DNA of 64,000 bases from Gekko japonicus (lineage: Eukaryota). Position numbers and translations under genes: made by a program. How positions within the stretch are numbered: position 1 is the first letter of the stretch; every line of letters starts with the position of its first letter. Positions 47,921 to 58,481 of the stretch are shown here, in pieces. The notes below the pieces were generated by a model. That model searched no databases. It was not told the DNA's origin and was given only the letters and a program-made list of their open reading frames with translations. The DNA lies in NCBI RefSeq assembly GCF_001447785.1, contig NW_015163101.1:392059-456058 (forward strand), in the 5' to 3' direction.

Positions 47921-49629
47921 GTACACAATTAGCGGTTCTGGGTTTTCCCAGAGATGTGGTGGATTTCATGTTGCAGACTAGGAGGCCATCAACCCATTTT
48001 TTTTTAATTTATTTTTTCAATTTTTAACAATTCTAACACTTCAAACAGTGAACAATTAATTTTCCAATTACATTCACATCCTGTAAATAGTTCCTGCGTA
48101 TGTACAACGTTATAACATGTTCAAAGAATTACAATACATTACTCAACACACTTCCGAATATGATTTCAGTAGAAAGATAACAGACTTAGCGTAAACTTGA
48201 TAGGAACATTAGGAAGCATCCCGAACTATTGGAGCGGTAAGAAAGAGAAGAAAGAAAAGGAAATATTAGAGCTAGTGGAGATGATATAAGTAAGTAAGTA
48301 TGAGAATTTGCGGAACTGGACATTGCATTAATCTTATATCCATTTGTGATATTGAGACCAATCAGATGAGATAAATTGTTTTTGTGACAGATAATCTAGC
48401 ACTGGGTACCATTTCTCTATGAAATTAGACTTTATTGGGTTTTGTGACATGCAATTTAGTTTGTTGGAGACTGCATCCATTAAGTAATGAGTCCAAAGTT
48501 TCTTATACCATATTTCTACTGAGGGTGCCTCTTTCTCCTTCCAGTACAATGCTATTGCTGTTTTGGCTGCATCTAGAAGGACTTCTATTGTGTGTCTATG
48601 TACCCTTGAATTTAAATTTTCAGTCCAGATATTCAAAAACAAAATTTCCGGTTTTAGTGGAATTTGGACTGAGGTGATGCCATCAACCCAATGCATCTAC
48701 AGTCATACATGGAAGACATTTTCCAAATGGGCCTCCGCCAAGGGACTACAACCACTGCGAGCCACAGACAAGGAAGTGGTACTCTTCTTGTCCGAGAGAT
48801 GGAAGATGGGCCTTAGCAAGCGGCAGCCATCCAAGCATACCTAAGTCATGAGAGATGTGGAAATGTGTCCACGAGCCAGTATGTGAAGAAATTCCTGTTA
48901 GGAGTAAAACAATTAGCACCGCCAGTCAGGCACAGGTTCCCGACATGGAGCCTCTCCAAGGTCCTAGTGCATTGACAAAACCACCATTTAAACCAATGAA
49001 AACGACAGAGCTCCATTTCCTATCATGGAAGGTGGCCTTTCTCATTGCGGTGACCTCGGCCGGGAGGGTCTCCGAACTAGGAGCACTATCGGCTAGGAAG
49101 GAACTGTGCATATCCCAGAAAGAGTCACCTTGAGGGTGGATCCATCCTTTATCCCCAAGGTGAACTCTGTCTTCCACCTCAACCAACCAATAGTCTTACC
49201 TTCATTCTGCCCCAATCTGAAGCACCTTAAAGAAAAAACCTGGCACAAACTGGACATACGGAGAGCCCTCGGTAAATACCTCAACAGGACAGCACCTTTT
49301 CGAAGGTCAGGCTCACTGTTTGTATCACACTGTGTACAAAACCAAGGGAAGAGAGCCTCTAAGACCACACTGGCTTACTGGATTAGACAATGCATAGCCA
49401 AGGCCTGTGAGGCGCAAGGAATTTCACCGCCGGGTCCGGTGACCGTGCATTCCACAAGATCAGCAGTGGCAACAGCAGCTTTCTCCACGCGAGCATTACA
49501 GTGGAAGAAATCTGCAGAGCAGCTACCTGGGCCTCCTTTCCCACATTCTTGAGGCACTACAGAATAGATCAGGCGGCCTCCACTGAGGCTGCCTGTGGCA
49601 GACGAGTAAAACCAATATTGGAGACATAA
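47908..49629 (+). pseudogene. DIRS tyrosine recombinase remnant, interrupted by L1
   Basis: TRRPSTQCIY, AVTSAGRVSEL, HSTR, ICRAATWAS..FLRHY (R-H-R-Y tetrad), stop at 49627-49629. Confidence 0.9.
47997..48678 (-). mobile_element. L1-clade 3' fragment nested in the DIRS element
   Basis: T-rich tail, ORF2 C-terminal remnant (AAKTAIALYWK), 12-bp TSD GCCATCAACCCA at 47985 and 48679. Confidence 0.9.
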
Positions 49630-49708
49630 AATAAAAACAACAACAACAACAAGCAAACCAAAAGAAAAAGAAAGAAACACCCACCCTAGAGGAACAGCTT
49701 GGGTACAG

Positions 49709-49805
49709 CTAACCACTTCCTGGGTGACTTCCCCCCACCGAAGGAGAACGTTACATTGGCCCTCACCTGAAGGTCCTTTCTCTTCAGTGGGGGTGAAGTC
49801 ATCCA
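49709..49805. repeat. DIRS internal complementary region (ICR)
   Basis: 49750-49805 is the reverse complement of 50039-50094 (few mismatches). 49709-49748 is a direct near-copy of 50027-50066. Confidence 0.85.
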
Positions 49806-52157
49806 CATCCCACCCTAAGATGGAGAGCTACTGACTCAAAATCAAGCCAAGGGTGGCACGAAGAACAATGAGTGAATGTAAATACATACACAATGAGGGA
49901 AGAGAGAGAAGGAAAGATAAAGGAGAGGGCTTGGACATAACTGGAGAGGTCAGCCTAGGTCCCTCCAATAGGAGCCACGCAGTAAAAGAAATTTGCATAG
50001 CCTATCCGAGTGAGCAGAGGTGTGACCTAACCACTTCTTGGATGACTTCACCCCCACGGAAGAGAAAGAACCTTCAGGTAAGGTCCAGTGTAACCATCAT
50101 CCATGGTTCTTTTGAATGGAGTCTGTGGCATGTTCATCGGAGAGTGTTATATATGCATGTATGAACCCAGTGCACAATTGTCCACAGAGGCATAGACTCT
50201 GTTGGTATGCAAATGCTGAAGCTGTATTCTGGAAGAACGGGAATGAAGCCAAAATTGGGAATAAATTTAACAACTTCTGTGTGGCTTAGGAAAAAACAAA
50301 ATGCTTTCATTGCCCAGTCTTGCCTAAGTGAATAGCCTCTTGTAGCCAAATCTGCTTGCCACAATGTTGTCCCATTTACTGTGACTGGGGGCACCTGTGT
50401 GACAAACCCAAGACGGAAGAAGCAACAACCGTTGTTTGGTGAAAAGAATGACCCAGAGCAGGATCAGAGGAGAGTGAATGTTTGGGCAAGCTGGTCAGAT
50501 GGGAAGGACTTCTGCCCCACCTGAAAATGAGTATTTTCAGCCCCAAAGTCACAGCTGGAGAACATGCAGCACAGCTCTGTGCCAAACCTTCTGGTGCTGC
50601 CTGAGGAATCTGTGCCCAGTTTCTGCGCTGCCTCCTCTCCCTCACTAACGTCATACGGTGCTTCCCTTTGTCTGTCTGTGCCTGAACCACAGCGTGGCTA
50701 TAATGAGAGCCTGCATTTCCCAGTTGCCTGTAATATCCCGATAATGGATCCAAGGAAAGGTCATGTGGCTGTGCGGCAGCCGTAACCACCCTTCTGTGTG
50801 TGGTTTGTTGCGCCTGTTAATTGCAGACGGGCTGGGTGGGAGCCTGCTCTTTGCACCCCCTTGCATTTGGGAAACGTTGCCGGCTGCAACTCATTCAAAG
50901 CAGACCTTCTGATCTCCTCCCTGGTTGCTTAATGAGTGTTTAAGTACCTGAATCTCAGCCAGGAGCCAGGCTTCCAGAGTCCAGTTACATCTCCCAGACA
51001 AGCCAGGTTTCAAGGCAAGTTGCCTCTGGGTCATCCCAGAGGGACTTGACCACCTTTGGCTCCCCCCCACTCCTTGTATTTGGCGGCCTGTTTATTGGAT
51101 GTTGTTGGTGATCCTGCAGCTTTATAGAGTAAGCAGTGCTAAGGGTGTGTGTGTGTTCCTGCTCCTAGGCCACTGCAGTCAAAATTTTGACAGGGTAACA
51201 AAGGGGAAGGGAGGATCTTGGGGAGGGCTGAATGTGCAACGTGAGGAGTCCTTCCTAGGCTTTCTTGCAGTGTGCTTCACTAGGGCATAAATGAGTGAGT
51301 GAAGCGCTTGCGCATGTGTACACCAGGCAGCTAGGGTTTGTCTGCCAACTGCTGGGGAGTGTGCACTTGGTGGTCGGCGGGGCCTTTCCATCTTACACTG
51401 TGTGGGAATAGCAGGCAGCTGACTCTGGTGGTAGCACTGATGGCTCCTGCTGTAAGCGCATACCATACCGTGTGTCCATTCTCTGGCACATGAATAATCC
51501 CACTGAATGCCCAACTTCAGACTCTTTAAATTCCATTCCAGGTGGCCTGGGTGTCAAGTGTTTCTGCAGCTGGGGATTATAGCACATCAGGATGTGTGTT
51601 AGTGTTAATGTGTTGGTTTCCTTTGTGTTAGTGTGAATGTGTTAGTTTCAGAGGATGCTCTGGAAGGTTTCTGGGCATGTGCTGGGAAACCCACCTTAGG
51701 CTGTGCTGGGTGGGTATTCCTTCTGAGCCATCCTTGACTTTAGCTTTTCAGCTCTCTCTTTTGTTCACAGCCTGAGCTAACATCGTGCGGTTTGCGTGCC
51801 AAGGGATCTGTTTAATTTTCTCTCTCTTATTCTTTTGCCTCCTGAAAAGATGTCTTTTCCTCATTTGTTTACGCATGACTATGACAGTAACTAGGAAAAA
51901 CGCCCCCAGCTGCATAATGTGTGGCTCCGGAGGAGACGGTAAAAACCTCCACGCTGCTCCCGTTTCTCTTTATCTGCACACCCAAACAAGCCCCCTGGCA
52001 TTTCCCTGGGCTGTGTGAAAGAGGCCAAGAAAGCGGTGTGTGTGTGTGTGTATTTAAAGACACGAGGGCATCATAAGAGGAGGCGGCTTTTGCTGTGCTT
52101 TGGAAATGTCTCCACACAAGTTGGAAGGAGGGAGCCGTTGCTCTGTATTCCAGAGTG

Positions 52158-52545
52158 CCCTGACCTGGATACCCGGGGGCTCGCCGAATGTTGGAAGCAA
52201 AGCAGGGCTGGCCCTGGTCAGTCTTTGGATGGGAGACCACCAAGGAAGCCCAGGAGGGTTGCTATGCAGAGGCAGGCCGTGGCAGACCACCTCTGTCCGT
52301 CTCTGGCCTTGAGAACCACATGGGGAGGGGTGTCGCCATAAGCCAGCTGCAACTTGATGGCCAAAAAAACCCAAAAGGCCAGATGAAAGCAGGCTGAATA
52401 GCCCTGGAAGCTAAGCAGGGTCGGCCCTGGTTAGTCCTTGGATGGGAGACCCCCGAGGAAGTCCAGGGTCCCTGCATGGAGGCAGGCCATAGCCAAACCA
52501 CGTCTCCTGCCTTGACAACCCTGTGGGGTCGATCCCCCTACCTCA
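52158..52545 (+). mobile_element. Two adjacent 5S-rRNA-headed SINEs
   Basis: GGAAGC(A/T)AAGCAGGG...CCTGGT.AGTC.TTGGATGGGAGACC near 52193 and 52406. Confidence 0.75.
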
Positions 52546-52957
52546 GCTGCACTTTCCGTCACCACCGTCCTCCTGATGCGGATGTCAGGGATGTGGTGAT
52601 GGGAACTGCTGTCAAGTTGCAGCTGGTGTAGGGGGATCGACCCCACAGAGTAGACCGTCCTTTCAGCTCTGACTGGGGGTGGGGGGCATAGGATTGTGGA
52701 GAGTTGGTCAGACAGGTGAGGCTATCAGGCAATGGCGCTGGCTTTTAAAAACATTTCTGTGTGCCTTATGCAAGGTGATCGATACACTGTGGAAGGTGGA
52801 GGTTTCGGGGATGTGACAGAGGAGTGCGGGTGCTCAGGTGCTGTGCAGTCCTCGGCCCACAGGAGCCGTCCACCCCCTGCCTCTGGCTTCCCGTGGACCA
52901 TCCTGAAGCCCAGGCCAGCACCCTGTGAGGGACCTGTGAGGACAGCTTCCTCTGGAC

Positions 52958-53163
52958 CAGTGTTCCCTCTAAGCTGAGCTAGTGTGAGCCAGCTCACAGT
53001 TTTTTAGCCTCCGGCTCACACATTTTTGTCTGAGCTCAGGAAGGAGGGCTCCAGAGCAAACTAATTTATGCAGTAGCCAAATCGCTCGGTCACAACTTTA
53101 ATGCCAGAAGCTCACAAAGTAGAATTTTTGCTCACAAGACCCCACAGCTTGGAGGGAGCATTG
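52958..53163 (+). mobile_element. hAT-type MITE
   Basis: Same TIRs as 1730, perfect TSD CTCTGGAC. Confidence 0.9.
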
Positions 53164-53739
53164 CTCTGGACCCCCCCCCCCAAAGCCAGCCCAGCCGAAC
53201 AATTTCGTGCCGCTTCTAAAAGTTCAAGAACTAAATCCACATAATGCCTTTTTATTGGCCCCAACCACGCTGACGCAAAACATTCCAGCTGGCACAAGAC
53301 ATTTTGGGTCCGTTCGGTTGGTCCTTCTCAAAGGTATTACATGGATTTCATTCCTGTTGTAGGATTTGGTGTGGATTGATTTGGCTGGACAACTTTCCCT
53401 GGCAGTTTGGTCTCTGGTGAATTTGTGCCAGGTGGTGGGACCTGCCCACATTCGCCCCTGGCTCCTCCAGGGCCTCGGCCCCAGGCCTGCCCTGGTCCTC
53501 TCCTGGTCGTGAGGAAGGCTGGCTTGGCGCACGTCCTCCCCTCCCCCCCCAGACAGAGTGCCACCAGGGTGGGCCCGCAAGGGATGGGGCAGCCAGCGGA
53601 CTGCAGGGCTGGCTCCTGAGCAAAGGGGCTACCTGGCAGGCCATTCATACTACACTGGGATGGCCTCTGAAGCAAGAGGGGGTGGGAGGGGCCCTCACAG
53701 TTCCGAGGGGAGGAGAATCCAGGGTTTGTTGGTTTGTTG

Positions 53740-53900
53740 ACTTCATTCCCATCCCGCCTTTCTCCTCTCCTCTGTTTTATCCTCACAACCACCCTGTGAG
53801 GTAGGTCAAGCTGAGAGAGTGTGACTGGCCCAAGGTCCCCCAGTGGGAATAGGAACCTGGATTCCCCAGATCCTAGTCCAGCGCTTCAACCACTGTGCTA
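53740..53900 (-). mobile_element. Old tRNA/CORE-type SINE
   Basis: TTTATCCTCACAACCACCCTGTGAGGTAGG...GACTGGCCCAAGGTC. Confidence 0.65.
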
Positions 53901-54311
53901 CGCTGCAGGCCCATAGCTATGGTGGGGCATCTTGTGGCGGCCCCCCCGACTTACTGCCCACCCGCCCCCCTGACTTCCCATCCAGCTGGTTTATGTTATT
54001 TTATTTTGTGCACGCGCCACAGCCGTGCTACGCCACCGCCCTACCTGCCGGCGCCCTTTACCTTGTGTACAACACTGAATTATCGGAAGCACTGTGTAAA
54101 TAAACAGCAACCTGTACTATTTGAAGCACTGGGTAAATAACCGACCTGTCTAGCTGACCGTATAAATAATGGCGACGTACCGTTTGTTGCCTTTTGTTTT
54201 CGTAAAGAAGAGGCCAGTCAAATGCTGTCCTTCTTTGGGGCCTTGGAGGTCCTGCTGCCACTCCCGGAGGGATGCCCTCAGGAAGACTTCCCCACCAGCA
54301 GGAGCTGCCCC

Positions 54312-54517
54312 CAGTGTTCCCTCTAAGCTGAGTTAGTGTGAGCTAGCTCACAGTTTTTTAGCCTCTAGCTCACACATTTTTGTCTACACTCAGGAAGGAG
54401 GGCTCCAGAGCAAACTAATTGATGCAGTAGCCAAATCGCTCGCTCACAACTTTAATGCCAGTGGCTCACAAAGTAGAATTTTTGCTCACAAGACTCCACA
54501 GCTTAGAGGGAATATTG
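54312..54517 (+). mobile_element. hAT-type MITE
   Basis: Same TIRs, perfect TSD GCTGCCCC. Confidence 0.9.
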
Positions 54518-55163
54518 GCTGCCCCCTGTATGAAGTCGGGCCATGAAGCAGGGAACAGGATCTGCCCACTTGGGGAGACACGCTGTTGCTGTGTCTTGAG
54601 GCATCCCCACTCCAAAAGGTCAGGAGGCCACTTGTGCTGGGTGGCAGAGAATTAGATAAGCATCCTCCCTGCCGGGTGGGATTTGCAGCCTCGACTGTTG
54701 GGGGATCGCCTCTGCAGGGGAAGTGGGGGGAGAGGTCAGCCGGGAAAACAAGCAGAAGTTTTGCTGAGAATTTTCTGGCAGCGGAGTCTGTAGTAATAAA
54801 GATTCTTACGGAATGCTTGCTTGTCGCCAGAGAGCAGGGCAGCATTAGAGTTAATGAGACAAGATTGTCCCAAGCGGCGGCTGCCTCTGCTGGAGAGCAG
54901 TCAGGTTCCTCCTCACTTCGGGTTGGTGGTGTGTGGTGTGTGGTGTGTGTGTGGCTGGAACGAAGGGCGGTCATGAGTTGGGAAGCTGAGGGACACAGGC
55001 TTACCGTTGGCGTCCTCGTTTCTTCTTCTGGGCTGACCCTTTCTCTCTTGCTGTTCTCTCTTTCCTTCCCTCCCATCGTTCCTCTCATCTCCCCCGCTGT
55101 TGTGATCCAAATCATAAGCTCCTCAGTGCAGTGCCCCCCCCCCCATGTGTGTAATAACAGCCG

Positions 55164-55758
55164 GGAAAAAGTGCAGAAAAGGGCAACTCGAATGATAAAA
55201 GGGTTGGAACACTTTCCCTATGAGGAAAGGTTAAAGCGCTTGGGGCTCTTTAGCTTGGAGAAACGACGACTGAGGGGTGACATGATTGAGGTTTATAAGA
55301 TTATGCATGGGAAAGAGCAGGTAGAGAAAGAGGTACTTTTCTCCCTTTCTCACAATACAAGAACTCGTGGGCACTCCATGAAACTGCTGAGCGGTCGGGT
55401 TAGAACGGCTAAGAGGAAGCACTTCTTCACCCAAAGAGTGATTAACACTTGGAATTCACTGCCACAGGAAGTGGTGGCAGCTACAAGCATGGACGGCTTC
55501 AAAAGGGAATTAGATAAGCATATGGAGCAGAGGTCCATCAGTGGCTATTAGCCACAAGGTATAGATAGGGGCTCTGGGGCAAGTGATGCTCTGTCATCTT
55601 GGTGCTTGGGGGGGGGGGGGTCAACAGTGTCCTGGCCCCACTGGTGGACCTCCTGATGGCACTGGTATTTCTGGCCACTGTGTGATACAGAGTGTTGGAC
55701 TGGATGGGCCTTTGGCCTGATCCAACATTGGCATCTCTTATGTTCTTATGTTCTTATG
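55164..55758 (+). mobile_element. CR1 LINE 3' fragment
   Basis: EKVQKRATRMIKGLEHFPYEERLKRLGLFSLEKRRLRGDMIEVYKI..., stop at 55551, (TTATGTTC)n tail. Confidence 0.93.
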
Positions 55759-56329
55759 ACTCTCTTGTCGTAGTCCGAGTTGTCGTTTGGAAGAGGTGGC
55801 CACCTGCACGAAAGGCCCGGCCCGGCCTGGCCTGCCCCTCCTCAGGTCAGCTTCCCAGCCATCACCCAGGCGGCTCTTGCAGGGAGGCGATTATGGGATG
55901 GTGGTGCGCCAGTCATCCTGCTGCCGTTGTAAGTGCGGTGGCCCTTTGCAAGCCCCTAGAAGATTTCTTCTGTGCCATCAGATCCTTTGGGCCACCTGCC
56001 TGATACTGCTTGGCCCATTGTCAGGGGAGAAAGATCTGTCCCAGGTCATTTTTAGCTGCGGGGTGCTACAGCCTGAATCTGGGACTTAACTGCATTTGGA
56101 ACACTGCGTGATGGACAGGGGCAGGGGAAACGCCCCCTCATTCTCTCAGCTAAGCACCCTTTTCTCGCTCTCCAGGGCAGCCGAGCCCCTTACAGGAAAG
56201 CACCTGGAATCTCTTGGGAAGTCCACTGCAGCCCAGCGTCTCCTGACGTCTGGGTGCCGGTGGAAAGTGCTATCAAGTCACAGCCAACTTATGGTGACCC
56301 TGTAGGGTTTTCAAGGCCAGAGACATTCA

Positions 56330-56648
56330 AGGAATCATACAGCTGGAAGGGGGCCCCAGGGTCATCTAGTCCAACCCCCTGCACAAGGCAGGAAACTCAC
56401 AAGTACCTCCCCCCCCAGTGCCTCCTGCTCCATGCCCAGAAGATGGCAAAAAGCCCTCCAGGATCCCTGGCCAAACTGCCCCGGAGAAAATTGCTCCCTG
56501 ATTCCCAAGGGTGGTTGGCCATGGCCTGCGTCTGCATAGCGACCCTGGACTACCTTGGTGTCTCTCCTCCAAGTCCTGACCAGGGCTGACCCTGCTGAGC
56601 TTCCGAGTTCTAACAAGATTGGGCTAGCCTGTGCCATCTAGGTCAGGG
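56330..56648 (-). mobile_element. CR1 3' end followed by a 5S-headed SINE fragment
   Basis: GAATCATA.AG.TGGAAGGG...GGTCATCTAGTCCAACCCCCTGC, then the antisense 5S-like CCAAGTCCTGACCAGGGCTGACCCTGCTGAGCTTCCGAG. Confidence 0.65.
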
Positions 56649-56759
56649 GCTCTTAGCTGTCGGAAAATGATGCCGCCCCCCCCCCCCGGTGCACTCAAGG
56701 TGGCTGTAGAGAGCAAGCCATGCACTGCCTCACCCTCTCTAGGGTGGGACTTTGTTGGG

Positions 56760-57159
56760 TGTTACAAGATAAAAACACTCAGTATATATTGTTTTGTTGT
56801 TACAGGAAATCACATGCTCTTGTTGTTACAGGAAATCACATGCTCTTGTGTAAGCCAATGTTAGTTTAGGTCCCCCAGCCCGGGAAAATTCTTCCTGTTC
56901 CAGGAGTTTGATTGGAAGCAAAGCGTCAAAGTGTCTTTGCATTTTATGGCTCCTCTTCCCCTCTTTGTTCTGTTTCAAGAAGAAGCGTGTAAGAGTGGCC
57001 ATTGCAGCTCTTCTAGTCTCGTCCTTTGTAGAGTGAAGATGTAGGGATTAGCTCTGTTGTTATTTTCCTCCCAGTTACCTTTCCCTGTGCTAGAATGTAG
57101 TAAAAACTTTTATATTTTAAACACACATGGACTCTGAGTCTGATTATTGCACTCTGGCA
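56760..57159 (+). mobile_element. Possible solo LTR
   Basis: TGTTAC...GGCA ends, CCAAT/ATTGG boxes, AGTAAA, internal 26-bp tandem. No TSD found. Confidence 0.3.
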
Positions 57160-57238
57160 TTGCTAAGCTGTTTTTTCTCTGCTGAATCGCAATTTTTCAT
57201 AAGAAACTCCAACAGACTTTTTACTCTCATCTTACTTT

Positions 57239-57604
57239 GGCTCCGGTCACATGGGTCGGATATCGCGGGGGGAGGCGTGGCTAATTGCCCCGGAGCAGTT
57301 TGATCTGCGATTACGCGATCAGACGCTCCGGCGGCACACCACGGGTCCTTCCCTCGGCGCCGGCAGGAAAACGAGGGACCGGAGGGGAATGCCACGCGCC
57401 GGCGCGATCACACCACGGGAGTCTGGAGGCAGCCCGTGGCAAACGTTTACTAGTACTTTGGAGGTACTAGTTTTTTAATGCGCATTTTCGGCGGTAAGCC
57501 ACGGGTACGCTCCACTTCCCAGATGGTTGGGGTGTGATCGCGCCCGGATAATCCTCCCACCATCCGTGCCTCTCCCGCGGCAACTTTGCCGTGTGACCGG
57601 GGCC
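57239..57604. mobile_element. PIF/Harbinger-like MITE, copy 1
   Basis: TIR GGCTCCGGTCACATGG / CCGTGTGACCGGGGCC, TTT/TTT flanks, CpG-rich. Confidence 0.75.
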
Positions 57605-58116
57605 TTTGTATAGTTTAGTGGGGTGAGGGGAAAAGCTCTTTTGAGGCTGATGCAAGGTGATGGGGGGGACACCATAAACTCCTTGACATTTAAAGGTTGG
57701 GGGGCGTCTTTCTTCTTTCTTTCCAAATGCCCATTATTCTGCTGCCTTTGTGCAGGAATCGATTTGGCCTACAACGTTCCTCTTCAAGGTCTTCCTTTTT
57801 TTTTGAACTGCCGTTATATTCAGATTGGTGACCTTTTCCGAAGACTTCATCGGCACCCACTGATCCAAGGGGGGCCTTCCCAGTAATTTATCAGACCAGG
57901 TTCCCTTTGAGTTAATTCAGAAACCTTTAATTGCCACAGAAGTTCTTGACTTGAGGGGGAGGTGAAAAAATGATGGGCCGGAACCTTTCCAGGAAAAAAA
58001 TTCTCATGTTTTGCCAATGTGTGTTCTCAGCAGGATACTCTCAACGACTTTATGTCCAAAAAACTGAGATGTGATTACAGAAATATATAAAGCAATATAA
58101 ACAGTAAATGTTCTTT

Positions 58117-58481
58117 GGCCCCAGTCACACGGCAAAGTTGCCGCGGGAGAGGCACGGATGGTGGGCGGATTATCCGGGCGCGATCACACCCCAACATCTG
58201 GGAAGTGGAGCACACCTGTGGCTTACCGCCGACAATGCGAGTTAAAAAACTAGTACCTCCAAGGTACTAGTAAACATTTGCCACAGGCTGCCTCCAGATG
58301 CCCGTGGTGTGATTGTGCCGGTGCGCGGCATTCCCCTCTGGTCCCTCGTTTACCCGCCGGCTCCGAGGGAAGGACCCGTGGTGTGCTGCCGGTGCGTCTG
58401 ATCGCGTAATCACGCATCAAACTGCACCTGGGCAATTAGCCACGCCTCCCCCCGCGATATCCGGCCCGTGTGACCGGGGCC
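58117..58481. mobile_element. PIF/Harbinger-like MITE, copy 2 (inverted)
   Basis: Reverse complement of copy 1 over its full length, TTT/TTA flanks. Confidence 0.75.

Larger units (their letters stand above)
45838..50094 (+). mobile_element. DIRS1-like tyrosine-recombinase retrotransposon, 5'-truncated and decayed
   Basis: gag tail (DLFRSNLDKVLVE), pol start (IGGRLQTFSRAW..DQWVLSIV), RT, RNase H, MT-like domain, YR, ICR and right terminal repeat, all in canonical order. Confidence 0.92.

Noticed and set aside
50692-50759. Exon candidate (CACTAAC branch point plus CCACAG acceptor); similar case at 59465-59547
   Set aside because: Weak donors (GTCATG, GTAGCT) and unrecognised peptides; not supportable without RNA data.
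52158-52545. 5S rRNA genes
   Set aside because: Only partial, diverged 5S similarity fused to SINE body sequence.
54586-55551. 321-aa ORF as a host gene
   Set aside because: Only the last ~130 aa are recognisable (CR1 ORF2 end); the rest is chance read-through.
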